Shown here piece after piece: positions 8,204-17,288 of a DNA stretch of 64,000 nt (positions are counted from its first letter, which is position 1; the number at the start of each line of letters is the position of its first letter). The notes beneath the pieces are model-generated. The model was not told the DNA's origin. It did not search any database and was given only the letters and a program-made list of their open reading frames with translations. Source of the stretch: a virus; the IMG/VR virus record IMGVR_UViG_3300046660_000239, positions 3,155-67,154 of that record; one strand, written 5' to 3'. The position numbers were made by a program, and so were the translations under genes.

Positions 8204-8552
8204 CCACTTGGAAGGCATAGAGGCATACGAATTTCTTCGTAAGATTCCTATGCGAATCCACGTGACAGCACTGCATGGCGGCCACATCGCCGTAAGCGCA
8301 ACCCGGAAGGGAGATGGCGAAGACGAAACAACGCTGGCGGTTAACGCCTCCGGCAAGACGATTTCTTTGGCGTTGGTCGCGCTCAAAAGGGAAGCTCAGA
8401 GATTGCTTATCGATCTGTCAGTTTGTGCCGCCGTGGCGCGTGACAAGTCATTCGAGATAAGCAGGCCAGGGATCGATCGATTGATGTCTGGCGGCGATAT
8501 TGATTTGAGCAGCGATCAGGCCAAGGCCCTGGAAAAAGCTGGATACAATTGA
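8181..8552 (+). CDS. Hypothetical protein
   Basis: ACCACCACAGAAGAAGGAGAC leader. Confidence 0.75.
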   Translation: MAPVIQDNHLEGIEAYEFLRKIPMRIHVTALHGGHIAVSATRKGDGEDETTLAVNASGKTISLALVALKREAQRLLIDLSVCAAVARDKSFEISRPGIDRLMSGGDIDLSSDQAKALEKAGYN

Positions 8553-8556
8553 GGAG

Positions 8557-8889
8557 ATGAAAATGCTTGAAGAACTTATTTCAGAAATCACAGCCAATGG
8601 CATGACCATCAGGCTGGACGCGTCGTTTAACGGCACGCGCGGAGTTCGATACAACGCCACAATCAAGAATAAAACTCATTGGGATCGGTTCTTGGAGGCG
8701 CCATCAATTGAGTTCGAAGTCGGCGCATGGGATGTGCCGACCCTCAAGGCAAAGATCGATGAGAAAATGATACTCGTCGATTCGGTCATCAAGTTCACGA
8801 ACGATGAGCGCCGGGCGCGAAGTGTTCGCGTCGAACCAAACATGGATCCGAAGACGGCACTAGAACGGCCGGTAATAATAGTCGAGTAA
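8557..8889 (+). CDS. Hypothetical protein
   Basis: GAGGAG RBS; followed by a terminator. Confidence 0.7.
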   Translation: MKMLEELISEITANGMTIRLDASFNGTRGVRYNATIKNKTHWDRFLEAPSIEFEVGAWDVPTLKAKIDEKMILVDSVIKFTNDERRARSVRVEPNMDPKTALERPVIIVE

Positions 8890-8903
8890 CATCAAGCTCA
8901 GAT

Positions 8904-8928
8904 AACCCGCTCCGGCGGGTTTCTTTTT
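8904..8928 (+). terminator. Intrinsic terminator
   Basis: AACCCGC-TCCG-GCGGGTT followed by TCTTTTT. Confidence 0.8.
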
Positions 8929-9022
8929 GCCAAATAGGCCAATTTGTACAAAACTTGTACACGCCAATCCAGAGCACTGCCACAATCCCTATGGCATATA
9001 CACTTTTATACTTTAAACAATT

Positions 9023-9070
9023 CCCTTGGTAAGGGTGAGGTCGGTGGTTCAATCCCACTCGGCAGCACCA
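9023..9070 (+). other. attP core: 3' half of tRNA-Thr(GGT)
   Basis: CCCTTGGTAAGGGTGAGGTCGGTGGTTCAATCCCACTCGGCAGCACCA gives anticodon loop, T-arm and CCA; 5' half absent; arm-type repeats GTACAAAAnnTGTACA at about 8946 and 9175. Confidence 0.85.
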
Positions 9071-9367
9071 GTTTTCCTAAGTAATTACAACAAGATAGAA
9101 CAAGCACACTTTGAGCGAGGCGGCTTTTGTGTGCAGAACAAAGCATGAAATTGTACGTGAAATCAGCACGTAACGTACAAAATCTGTACAGCCTATTGGC
9201 TGCTTGTTCGTCACCCGTTCACGCCAATTCCCACTTCGAAACACACGTTAGACAATCATTAGCGAAATCTAACGCTCCTCAAAAGTTAGGATGTTGCATC
9301 CTACTCCTTTTGGGGTACTAGTTGAGTCGGGCGTGATAACCCTGACCATCACTAGGTTCGCACAAGG

Positions 9368-9838
9368 GTGCGGGCCGAACTAATGCGCAGTTTAGCGGCT
9401 GGCGCACTGCCTAGGCCATTTGCTTGGCCGGGGGCAATGCGTCGCGGGGGCACAGTGCTCCCGACCGTGCGTAGCGGCTTGCCGTTGCGCCTGATGTCCA
9501 AGGCCGTGCCTAAAGGCGCATTGGCTGGTCGTGATGGCCAGTTATCACCCCCCGGCTACGGTGCCGAGCGCCGTATTGCGTGGCGGGGAAACAGCGTGAT
9601 GCTGATGCAAGTGCATGACACGGGGTTCGATGTTGTTGAGGAGCCACAAAGAAGGAGTGTAGTCTATGAAGCAGAATGGAAGTTCAGAATTGGCCAAGCC
9701 GTTCGGCTGAGTGAACTTTCAGCAGTAGTGCTATCTCGAGATCGGAGCGCTTGTGGACGCGAGCTCTATGAAATTTGGGTAGCAGGGAAATGTTGTGGTA
9801 GGCCGTTCAGAATGGCGGCCGGTAGTGCATTAGCATAA
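9368..9838 (+). CDS. Hypothetical protein (true start probably near 9600)
   Basis: ORF ends at a bidirectional terminator; N-terminal half looks non-coding. Confidence 0.35.
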   Translation: MRAELMRSLAAGALPRPFAWPGAMRRGGTVLPTVRSGLPLRLMSKAVPKGALAGRDGQLSPPGYGAERRIAWRGNSVMLMQVHDTGFDVVEEPQRRSVVYEAEWKFRIGQAVRLSELSAVVLSRDRSACGRELYEIWVAGKCCGRPFRMAAGSALA

Positions 9839-9876
9839 TAAAAAAGGGGCGGAAACCAGATCCGCCCACTCTGTTT

Positions 9877-10074
9877 TTAGGGGTTGACCTCTATAGAGTC
9901 TATCCACCTCGTTAGGCTGCTCTTTCGCGCCGCTACTGTCCCGCCGAGCTTAAAGTGTGGTATGATGCCGTCATAAGCTAGCCGGTAAACTTGACGGCTT
10001 GACACACCTAGAAACTTGGCAATGGCGTTGGCGCCCATCAAGAGGTCGCCCTCGATGATTTTTACATCATGCAT
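9877..10074 (-). CDS. Small HTH (excisionase/AlpA-like) protein
   Basis: GANAIAKFLGVSSRQVYRLA...IPHFKLGG. Confidence 0.8.
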   Translation of the reverse strand: MHDVKIIEGDLLMGANAIAKFLGVSSRQVYRLAYDGIIPHFKLGGTVAARKSSLTRWIDSIEVNP

Positions 10075-10528
10075 CGGATGACTCCCCGGCTAGGTTGAAC
10101 CTAGCGGCCAGTTCGCGAACGAACGTTGCTGACTTCATCTTATGTTGGATTGGCGCAACTTTGCGCGGCCCCTCAAACTCAAAATCCAAGCTGGTATATC
10201 TAGTTATCCCGGTAGATCTTCTGGTCCATAAAAAGCGGCTCATCTCTTCGATAAACGATCCAACCTGCGCAGCAGACACCCTGAACCATTCGCCGTGGGA
10301 ATGTTCGCTCAGAAATTCCCTGTGGCATTCAGCCTCCACCTCGGATGCGTCGCCAGTGAATTTCCAAGTCGCGTGGATCATCAGTTCTATTGGGCTGCCC
10401 GCTTGCAGTTCCCTGCACCGTGCGGCTGGATTGCAACTTTTCCCGATCTTGACGGTATGATCCTGACCGTCTCCTATCAGCGGGCCGATGACATAAATGT
10501 ATCTGCTGGATGAACCTCTTGGTGACAA
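10067..10528 (-). CDS. GIY-YIG (T5orf172-type) domain protein
   Basis: YIYVIG...VKIGKSCNP..R..ELQAGSP...HGEWF. Confidence 0.85.
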   Translation of the reverse strand: MSPRGSSSRYIYVIGPLIGDGQDHTVKIGKSCNPAARCRELQAGSPIELMIHATWKFTGDASEVEAECHREFLSEHSHGEWFRVSAAQVGSFIEEMSRFLWTRRSTGITRYTSLDFEFEGPRKVAPIQHKMKSATFVRELAARFNLAGESSDA

Positions 10529-10576
10529 AGCAGTCTCCTCTTCGCGGTGATGGTGAAGAGGAGACTACTGTTTCCT

Positions 10577-10589
10577 ACAAATTTGTCAA
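10577..10589 (-). promoter_or_regulatory. ACAAATTTGT operator / TTGACA promoter
   Basis: Exact motif copy. Confidence 0.7.
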
Positions 10590-10592
10590 GAA

Positions 10593-10910
10593 CTATCCCT
10601 GACAAAGACCGGCCAACTCCTCACCGAGTTGCTCCGCATTCCGTAGAGCCGCGCGGTGCTCGCGGTGTTTCTCCCGGGCCGCGATAATGGGCTCGACAAG
10701 ATGAAGGCGTTGGCGGATGTCGCCCTCCACCTCTTCGAGAGTATGGCCGATTACGAAGAACTCGAATGATGGCCACGAGCCATGGATGAACAAACTGTCT
10801 GGCTTAACGTCACCGCGCCAACGGATGCGGCAATCACGCTTGCTGTAGCGGGCGGTGATTTCCACGTTAACGCCGCGCTTGTCTAGGCTGGCGACTAGGT
10901 CTTCAATCAT
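10593..10910 (-). CDS. Hypothetical protein
   Basis: CACATCACAAGAGGAGAC leader before ATG 10910. Confidence 0.7.
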   Translation of the reverse strand: MIEDLVASLDKRGVNVEITARYSKRDCRIRWRGDVKPDSLFIHGSWPSFEFFVIGHTLEEVEGDIRQRLHLVEPIIAAREKHREHRAALRNAEQLGEELAGLCQG

Positions 10911-11151
10911 ACTGGTCTCCTCTTGTGATGTGCGTTGGCATGCATGCGTGTTCGGTGATGATGTCGGCAGCATGCCAAATGCCGCCACCACTAAGTTCAA
11001 TCGTTCGGCAGATATCAGCGCAGCGCTGTCGCTCCGCGAGGATGGCGCCCTCGACTGCGGATACTATATCTGGCGAATCTATATATCCTCCCTCAAAACA
11101 CAGTGCCTTGCGAGCAGCGGCCATGATATCATCCGGAATCTCACCACCCAT
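10903..11151 (-). CDS. Hypothetical protein
   Basis: AILAERQRCADI resembles a common phage motif. Confidence 0.6.
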   Translation of the reverse strand: MGGEIPDDIMAAARKALCFEGGYIDSPDIVSAVEGAILAERQRCADICRTIELSGGGIWHAADIITEHACMPTHITRGDQYD

Positions 11152-11175
11152 ACCGCCGCAATGCCTCCTCGATCT

Positions 11176-11694
11176 TCACGCCGCCACCTTCAGTCTCTCA
11201 ATGGCCTCTCCCGCAGACGCACACACGGGCCTGTCGTCGACAAGCTTGCCGCTGGCCTGCGCATCTATCAGGATAGCCATGCAGGCACGGACGTGCGCCA
11301 GGTGCGACGAGCCGCTTTCCGGATCCACATCCTCTCCTGAGAACCATTGTAGCAGATGACGCATGGCCGCGCTGTAGTAGGTGGTCGCGTCGACCGGGTC
11401 TGCCTGCCAATTGAACGCGCCGTACTTGGACGCGCCGAGGGCCATGACGACGCTCTCCTCGATAATGGCGACAGGCGGGATGAACTGCGCCGACGGCTTG
11501 CGAACTCCGAAAGCGCGCTTCGGATTGGTTGAGGGCAGATTCGTTATCTCCATCACCCGATTGAACATGCTGCCGTCCGGAACGTTGTCATTAGCAGGCC
11601 TTTTGCCTATCGCCTTCGCCAGAGCTTCCACTTCGTGCGGCACCGCGGTGAGCTCTCCGGCGGGCGTCCAGGCTGGTACTTGGTTCTCGGTCAT
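11176..11694 (-). CDS. dATP/dGTP diphosphohydrolase domain protein (DUF5664-like)
   Basis: NPK..G..K...IPP...VMALGASKYGAFNW...YYSAAMRHL..W..GED.DPESG..HLAH. Confidence 0.85.
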   Translation of the reverse strand: MTENQVPAWTPAGELTAVPHEVEALAKAIGKRPANDNVPDGSMFNRVMEITNLPSTNPKRAFGVRKPSAQFIPPVAIIEESVVMALGASKYGAFNWQADPVDATTYYSAAMRHLLQWFSGEDVDPESGSSHLAHVRACMAILIDAQASGKLVDDRPVCASAGEAIERLKVAA

Positions 11695-12005
11695 GGTGTT
11701 TCCTCCTTGAGTGCTGCGTCTATCAGCGACTGCCAAACGTGCTTGGCCTTGTCGTAGTACTCCGGATAGGCGAGGTAGATATTGCCATCGCCGCATACGA
11801 AGTCGTCATAGCCGACGACAATCTCCTCGGCGGCGCGCCCCATCGCCTCCGTCGGCTCCCGCATCTCCCCAATCGCAGCCAGCGCCAGATCGCGGACGCT
11901 TTCCTTCGTTGCGTCTTGCGCCTTCGCCCACGGCAGCCGACCAGCGGCCGATGCTGCGTTCTTGGCGTAGATGGCTTGGGCTACTCGCTCGATCATTGTG
12001 GTCAT
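11691..12005 (-). CDS. Hypothetical phage protein
   Basis: MIERVAQAI...AAIGEMREPTEAM motif. Confidence 0.75.
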   Translation of the reverse strand: MTTMIERVAQAIYAKNAASAAGRLPWAKAQDATKESVRDLALAAIGEMREPTEAMGRAAEEIVVGYDDFVCGDGNIYLAYPEYYDKAKHVWQSLIDAALKEETP

Positions 12006-12346
12006 GCTGCCCTCCTCATATCCAAAACCGTTCGGCTGATGTCTTTGTCATGCAACTTCGCCAACTCACTTCGCAGGCTGCCGTTTTCTTCCATAAGGCT
12101 ATCGATCCGCGATTTGAGATGAGCCTCATTAAGGTCGTGGAATGACGTCTTGGTGAATTCCGGCGCTAAATGAACCGCCAAAGCGTAGTGATCCAAATCC
12201 TTTGGCGCATACCTGTCGAGTACGCGGAACTCGAATTGTTCCACATATTCAGCATCCCAGACGCCCGCCTTGTCGCGGATGCCGGTATAGCCCATGTGGC
12301 CGGGGCACTCGTAGAGGTCTCGCTTGAGCAGGACGTACTGGGTCAT
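12002..12346 (-). CDS. Hypothetical protein
   Basis: Coupled ORF in the operon. Confidence 0.7.
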   Translation of the reverse strand: MTQYVLLKRDLYECPGHMGYTGIRDKAGVWDAEYVEQFEFRVLDRYAPKDLDHYALAVHLAPEFTKTSFHDLNEAHLKSRIDSLMEENGSLRSELAKLHDKDISRTVLDMRRAA

Positions 12347-12525
12347 GTCGCGTCCTTCCATTCATCGAGCTTGGCGGAAAGGATCTCTTCGACCTTTTCC
12401 ATCGTCTCGGCTTCACATGAGAAATCAGGAAGCTTGTATTGCCATCCGTCGAGATAGCCACGGCAGGTGCCATTCTCCAGCCGCAAGCGCGCAGTGGTGT
12501 ATCGTGGTTGGTTGTCTTCGCTCAC
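12343..12525 (-). CDS. Hypothetical protein
   Basis: Coupled ORF in the operon. Confidence 0.6.
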   Translation of the reverse strand: MSEDNQPRYTTARLRLENGTCRGYLDGWQYKLPDFSCEAETMEKVEEILSAKLDEWKDAT

Positions 12526-13382
12526 GCCATCCCCCTCGCCCGATTATCCATCAGCATGTTGAACGTCGCCATGAACTCATCTTTGGCTTTCTCCGCCGAC
12601 CAATAGCGCAGCTCGACGCCAAGCTCCTCTCCTGCGTAGCGCGCGTGCCAGTCCATCGGCACGAGGTTGGCGAGCTCGTCGCCAATGATGCGATTGTCAG
12701 CATCATGCACAACCGCCGGCATTTCAGCCGCCAGGCCGAACCGCTCAGCGATGACATCCATGACCTTAGCCTCGGCTTCCTTGTAGCCCACAAGGAACCG
12801 CTTGAGCGGGCGCGGCACGTCGACGGTGTATGCTTCCGCCGCATCGTGCAGCAAGGCATACAGGGCCACGTCCACGCCTTCCCAGCGAAGCTTGCGGGCC
12901 ATCAGCACCGAATGCTCGGCGACGCTGTAGAAGCGCAGGCAGTGGCCGGCGTAGCGGCATTGCAGGCTCAGGGAGTGCGCGATGTCCTCGATGAAGACTT
13001 CTTCGGCGCGAGGATCGAGGGGCCAAAACTTGCGGCCGGTTGCTGTCTGCATGAAGTCGCCGGTTCGCGCCAGTTCGGCGAAGGCGGGCTGCAGGGCTGG
13101 CGGCACATCGAAGCCTCCGACCTGTCCGTCGTCCGAGGACAGGGGACGCCGGAGCCCGATGTACTGGCCATGCGGCTGAAGAGGCGCAGGCACTTCACAG
13201 CCAGGTCCGCCAACAAGGCCGCCGCTATGGTGGCGCTTGCCGCCCTCAACATTATCGTTGGCAGGCTCATATTTTGGAGGCACCACAGGCAACGCACCAA
13301 AGCCTTCGACCATGATCTGCCGATGTTGCTTGCCGATGTCGTTATAAGGTTTTGGCGAAAAGGTCATAACTGCTGGCATCAC
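12522..13382 (-). CDS. HD-domain phosphohydrolase (YfbR-like 5'-deoxynucleotidase)
   Basis: IEDIAHSLS..CRYAGH..FYSVAEHS...ALLHDAAEAY..D...PLK. Confidence 0.9.
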   Translation of the reverse strand: MMPAVMTFSPKPYNDIGKQHRQIMVEGFGALPVVPPKYEPANDNVEGGKRHHSGGLVGGPGCEVPAPLQPHGQYIGLRRPLSSDDGQVGGFDVPPALQPAFAELARTGDFMQTATGRKFWPLDPRAEEVFIEDIAHSLSLQCRYAGHCLRFYSVAEHSVLMARKLRWEGVDVALYALLHDAAEAYTVDVPRPLKRFLVGYKEAEAKVMDVIAERFGLAAEMPAVVHDADNRIIGDELANLVPMDWHARYAGEELGVELRYWSAEKAKDEFMATFNMLMDNRARGMA

Positions 13383-13558
13383 GCGGCCTCCTCTTTGTGT
13401 TCGATGAACCGGCAGTGCTTGGCGCCGCCGTTGTCGATCTCTCGCTGCGGGTAGCCGTCGCGAAGAAGCGTTTGCTCAAGTGTTTCGCCGGGCAACGGCG
13501 CGTAAACTTTGGGAAAGCCGTACTTCCAGCCGCTTGGCGGGTCGTAAAGTGTGGTCAT
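13379..13558 (-). CDS. Hypothetical 59-aa protein
   Basis: Translated by hand: MTTLYDPPSGWKYGFPK...EEAA; coupled at both ends. Confidence 0.7.
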   Translation of the reverse strand: MTTLYDPPSGWKYGFPKVYAPLPGETLEQTLLRDGYPQREIDNGGAKHCRFIEHKEEAA

Positions 13559-13959
13559 GCCGCCACCCGCTGGTCAGTGATGATGTTTTCGGAAAGGCGG
13601 CGCATCGTATCGACTAGCGGATTGACGAAATCCACTTCGATGCCGTTCTGTCGACCGAGCTCGATGACGTCGGAAAGCGCCGTCATGAACTCCTTCATGC
13701 GGGTTTCATCCGGCGACGGAAGCGCGGCTATGAACGCGTCCATCTTGCGCAGGATCTCGGCAGGCGTTTTGCCCTTCACCCACTCGTACTTGCTGCCGTA
13801 TAGAGCGCTCTTGTCTTTCCAAGACATATAGCCCTGCAGCTCCTCGTTGCCGCGGATATCGAATTCCGCTTTCGGTTCGCGCAGTCCTTTAGCCGACATG
13901 GACGCAGGCATGGCGTTAATGCGCTTCTGTACGTCTTCTATGGTGGTTGGCTTGGTCAT
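13555..13959 (-). CDS. Hypothetical protein, paralog of 845..1237
   Basis: Shared C-terminal half; ACCACCACAGAGGAGAC leader. Confidence 0.85.
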   Translation of the reverse strand: MTKPTTIEDVQKRINAMPASMSAKGLREPKAEFDIRGNEELQGYMSWKDKSALYGSKYEWVKGKTPAEILRKMDAFIAALPSPDETRMKEFMTALSDVIELGRQNGIEVDFVNPLVDTMRRLSENIITDQRVAA

Positions 13960-14020
13960 TTCAGTCTCCTCTGTGGTGGTAGTGGTTGCCGCCGATTGGT
14001 GGTCGGCGGCAGTGGCGTGG

Positions 14021-14215
14021 TTATTCTTCGACGCTGAGAACGGCGTGCGGTTCGCCGGTCGCTTGGCGGTAGAGGCTTTGAAGCCGCTGGCGCAGTCGCT
14101 CCCAAAGGTGCGGCGGCAGGTAGCCGTCCAACTGGCCGCGCGACGCCATGCCTAACTGGCAATCCTCAAGAACGCCTCGTAGATAGTCGTTTGAAGCGGT
14201 CTGCTTCTCGCTCAT
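14021..14215 (-). CDS. Hypothetical protein
   Basis: MSEKQ start coupled to the upstream stop. Confidence 0.55.
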   Translation of the reverse strand: MSEKQTASNDYLRGVLEDCQLGMASRGQLDGYLPPHLWERLRQRLQSLYRQATGEPHAVLSVEE

Positions 14216-14412
14216 TCCTCGAATTCCTCCCAGATCGCGACGACCGGCTGCACTTCCGATGCGCGATAAGCGAAGATTTCGCCCGTCGAGCAATAACCCT
14301 CCCCGCCGTATTCGCTCTTCAGGAAGAGGTCGTTGTCCAGAATGAAGAACCCCGGCCTGCATTCCGCGTATGAGCACGGCCAGCCTTCCGGTTGGATGGT
14401 CAGCCGCTTCAT
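14212..14412 (-). CDS. Hypothetical protein
   Basis: Coupled ORF. Confidence 0.65.
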   Translation of the reverse strand: MKRLTIQPEGWPCSYAECRPGFFILDNDLFLKSEYGGEGYCSTGEIFAYRASEVQPVVAIWEEFEE

Positions 14413-15665
14413 GCGGCGGCCCTCAGTGGCTCATTGTCGTTAGCGGCCAAGCGCATAACGCGTGCGGCCGACAGGATGACGCGACCGTCTTCACCAAAAT
14501 TCTTGTGGTAGGTGATGACTTTTGCCGATCGACCCGACAGCCAGTTGGATCCGTAGGCGTCCGGCGCTGCCAGCGTCTCATGCTGCTCCACCTTCATCAG
14601 GTCGGTTGTTCTCAGCTCGTCGGAATGCTTATGGCCCGTGTGCGCATAGCTCATCGCAGTGCGGCCGTAGACCTTGCGGAACTTGCCGACGAGAATGGAG
14701 TCGACATTCTTGACGCCGCGTCTGTGACCGTGATGATAGAACAGGGAAACGTCGCCGTGCTCGATTACGGAGTATGTGCCTGGATTGGTGTCGACCTTGA
14801 TCCTCGGCTCTTCATCGTAGAAGGCCGCCATCATTTCGCGGAGCCAGACTTCGCCAGCCGGGTCGTGGTTGGCGTCGCACATGATCACGTCAAGCTGCTC
14901 GTGCTTCTCCAGCAGCATGCGGATGACCTTGCGCACGATGCGGATAGCTGCTCGAACCATTTTGGGGTAACGCGAATCGCTGTCCAGCAGGTTGCCATGT
15001 TCCGGCGTGATGCTCTTGAACGAGTCGTAGTGGAGGAAATCGCCGAGCTGTGCAAACACGGCACGCTTTGCCGGCGGTGATTGGGCGATTGCCGCCGCAA
15101 ACCAATCGATGATCAGTTGCTCGCCGATGTGCAAATCATAATCGCCGCCGAGAGTCTCCTCATTCCATGCCAGCGCGCCCAGGTGATGATCCGTGATCGT
15201 GTATTGGTTCAGCAGGTCGGCCTCGGTATGGCTCGGCGCCGCCACTGGCTCCGCACGTGGCAACTCATCCTTGAACGCTTCGACGGCTGCCCGCATCACT
15301 GCAAGCTGCTGTTCTGCGTCGGCGGCCGTCTTGATCCACTTTGCGATTTCCCGCCCCTGGCCGTCAACTAGAGCGGAAACGCCCTTTACGATCTGGCCGG
15401 TAGGGAGCGTGAACACTTCTCCAGGCGCCTTCACCTGCTTCACCCACGCGCCGTCTTCGGTCTTGCTGGCGATGCTCTTGATTGCAAACCCCGGCAACAC
15501 CGGTTTAGTCCCACACATCCCACGCTCCGCCGCAATCTTCAGGCGGTCGTTAAAAGTGTTCCGCGGAATGCCGAGCAATAGCGCGGCCTCCGTCTTGTTG
15601 CGGAGCGCGTCGAACGCGTCGGCGGCTTCTTGGGCTAGTTCATCACTGAGTTTGGGGGTGGACAT
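14409..15665 (-). CDS. Calcineurin-like metallophosphoesterase with N-terminal HTH
   Basis: TDHHLG, LGDFLH, ANHD, HHGH and GHKH motifs. Confidence 0.88.
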   Translation of the reverse strand: MSTPKLSDELAQEAADAFDALRNKTEAALLLGIPRNTFNDRLKIAAERGMCGTKPVLPGFAIKSIASKTEDGAWVKQVKAPGEVFTLPTGQIVKGVSALVDGQGREIAKWIKTAADAEQQLAVMRAAVEAFKDELPRAEPVAAPSHTEADLLNQYTITDHHLGALAWNEETLGGDYDLHIGEQLIIDWFAAAIAQSPPAKRAVFAQLGDFLHYDSFKSITPEHGNLLDSDSRYPKMVRAAIRIVRKVIRMLLEKHEQLDVIMCDANHDPAGEVWLREMMAAFYDEEPRIKVDTNPGTYSVIEHGDVSLFYHHGHRRGVKNVDSILVGKFRKVYGRTAMSYAHTGHKHSDELRTTDLMKVEQHETLAAPDAYGSNWLSGRSAKVITYHKNFGEDGRVILSAARVMRLAANDNEPLRAAA

Positions 15666-15886
15666 TAGGATTCCTTTGTTCTGGCGGCGAGCATGGCGTC
15701 GGCGATGCGATAGGAGCGGTTGGCCAAGTAATGCTCGTCCTTGAACAGAGCGGCGTTCTTGTCCAGCATCGAGTGCATCACATTGATTGCGATCTCGTCG
15801 CGCAATGTCTTCACCGGCTCATTGTCCGGTATGCCGTCTTCAATAATTCCGTAATAGGCTCGTTGTGCGTCCATCCTACCCTCCAA
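15665..15886 (-). CDS. Hypothetical phage protein
   Basis: TLRDEIA...SYRIADAMLAAR, a common phage motif. Confidence 0.75.
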   Translation of the reverse strand: MEGRMDAQRAYYGIIEDGIPDNEPVKTLRDEIAINVMHSMLDKNAALFKDEHYLANRSYRIADAMLAARTKES

Positions 15887-16316
15887 TAATCGCTTGCGGC
15901 TCAGCCTGCTTCACTTCCGACCCGCCGTGCTGGCCCTCCTCGGCAAAGCCTGCCGCATCACCGTCCATTGTCAGACCTACGCCAGTGCCGTTAGCCTCCG
16001 CCGTATCCAGCGAGTTCTGCAACTCGCCTGCCTTCTGTGCGGAATACGGCAACTTGTAGAGGCGTGGCTCCGGCTGGCCGTCGAGCAAGACAAAGATCGC
16101 CTCGTCGACATCGATGCGGGCGCCGAGCACGGTGTAGTGGCCCTTGGCTGGCTGCCAGGGTGCGGCGCGGCCTAACGTGAGGAATGCGGCTGGTGCAGTC
16201 AGCGTGGCGATTAGTGCGAAAGCGACGGCCTGCCGCTTGGTGCCGAACCACGTTGTTATGGCGGTAGCTAGCACGAAGGCTAGCCATAGGGTGATGGCAG
16301 TGGTCATTACACCCAC
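15876..16316 (-). CDS. Membrane protein, probable third component of the MotA/ExbB-like module
   Basis: Two N-terminal TM segments, then a soluble domain with EPRLYKLPYS. Confidence 0.75.
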   Translation of the reverse strand: MGVMTTAITLWLAFVLATAITTWFGTKRQAVAFALIATLTAPAAFLTLGRAAPWQPAKGHYTVLGARIDVDEAIFVLLDGQPEPRLYKLPYSAQKAGELQNSLDTAEANGTGVGLTMDGDAAGFAEEGQHGGSEVKQAEPQAIIGG

Positions 16317-16612
16317 CCCAAAAACTGGACGCCATCGTTTTCGACTTCCGGCAACGTATCTGGCTGGTAGTCTTGCAAGCCCTTTACGGAATTCTCCACA
16401 ATCTTCCGCATCTCACATGCGTAGAACCACGCCCGCATGCCGCCTTTATAACCGTCTGGCATCGTAGGAGCGGTCTTTAACCACTCATCAATGTCACGTG
16501 GGTGCACGGACCAGAAACGATAGGCAAGTTCGTCTATATTCATGGATGCGGCTCCTTCTGCGTGGTTGGGTAAAATGGATGGTTGGCGCGAAGGCGAAAG
16601 GGATGGTGCCAT
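16307..16612 (-). CDS. Hypothetical protein (start probably at MNIDEL)
   Basis: ORF in the operon. Confidence 0.55.
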   Translation of the reverse strand: MAPSLSPSRQPSILPNHAEGAASMNIDELAYRFWSVHPRDIDEWLKTAPTMPDGYKGGMRAWFYACEMRKIVENSVKGLQDYQPDTLPEVENDGVQFLGWV

Positions 16613-16752
16613 GTGACCATGTCACTTGCCTTACGCTCTGCGAACCCAGCAGGAAGATGACGACCTACAATCTCTTCTGAATCCAACCAGTCCGGCATTG
16701 AGAACGGCGCGTCGATTAGCTGGCCGTATCCTGGCGGCGGCTTCGCCATCAC
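16540..16752 (-). CDS. Hypothetical protein
   Basis: Coupled ORF. Confidence 0.55.
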   Translation of the reverse strand: MMAKPPPGYGQLIDAPFSMPDWLDSEEIVGRHLPAGFAERKASDMVTWHHPFRLRANHPFYPTTQKEPHP

Positions 16753-17288
16753 GATTTCCTCTTCATCTGTTTGAAAACTTGGTTCGCGCTATCAGCGACC
16801 ACCTGCCCATCGGCCACGCGAAACCGGATCGCAGTGCGCTCCTGCCCGTTCTTCAAGATATCGACCTGCCCGCGCCACACGATGCCGCCGTCTGCCAGCC
16901 GAACTTCCACGGCAACTGGGACCGGTGCGGCAAGGCAGGCGTAGCAGCGGACGTTCACGGCGTACTCGCCATCCGGCAGGCCTCGAGAGAATGCCGATTC
17001 GAAATTCAAATCGGAAAGGTCGTTCTTCGTGCCGAGATCATCACGCAAAAGGCTCCACACAGTCGCCGACTTGTTGCTGTAACCCACCGCGAAGTCGTCG
17101 GCGTAGGAGACCCAGAGATCCACGTCCGTGTCGCCCGCTGGCCATGTGATGCTGGCGATGAGGTTGCCGGGTGGCGATAGCTGTTGTTCGGTGCTGGCGG
17201 GATTGACCTGTGCGAGCACGAGGACAACCAGTGCGACGAGGCCGAGCAGCATGTTGAGCAGTAGGTCGCGGGTGAGGATTGCGGTCAT
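16749..17288 (-). CDS. Single-pass membrane protein with a TM Asp (ExbD/MotB-like anchor) and a YfaP/DUF2135-like soluble domain
   Basis: RDLLLNMLLGLVALVVLVL TM; TW...TDVDLWV...DDLG...NFE...GEY.VNV..Y. Confidence 0.7.
   Translation of the reverse strand: MTAILTRDLLLNMLLGLVALVVLVLAQVNPASTEQQLSPPGNLIASITWPAGDTDVDLWVSYADDFAVGYSNKSATVWSLLRDDLGTKNDLSDLNFESAFSRGLPDGEYAVNVRCYACLAAPVPVAVEVRLADGGIVWRGQVDILKNGQERTAIRFRVADGQVVADSANQVFKQMKRKS

Noticed and set aside
9000-9070. Complete tRNA-Thr gene
   Set aside because: The 5' acceptor strand and D-arm are absent and upstream DNA is AT-rich; treated as an att core.
11176-13382. 2-aminoadenine (Z) genome pathway
   Set aside because: No PurZ homolog in the window; the two hydrolases alone are insufficient evidence.
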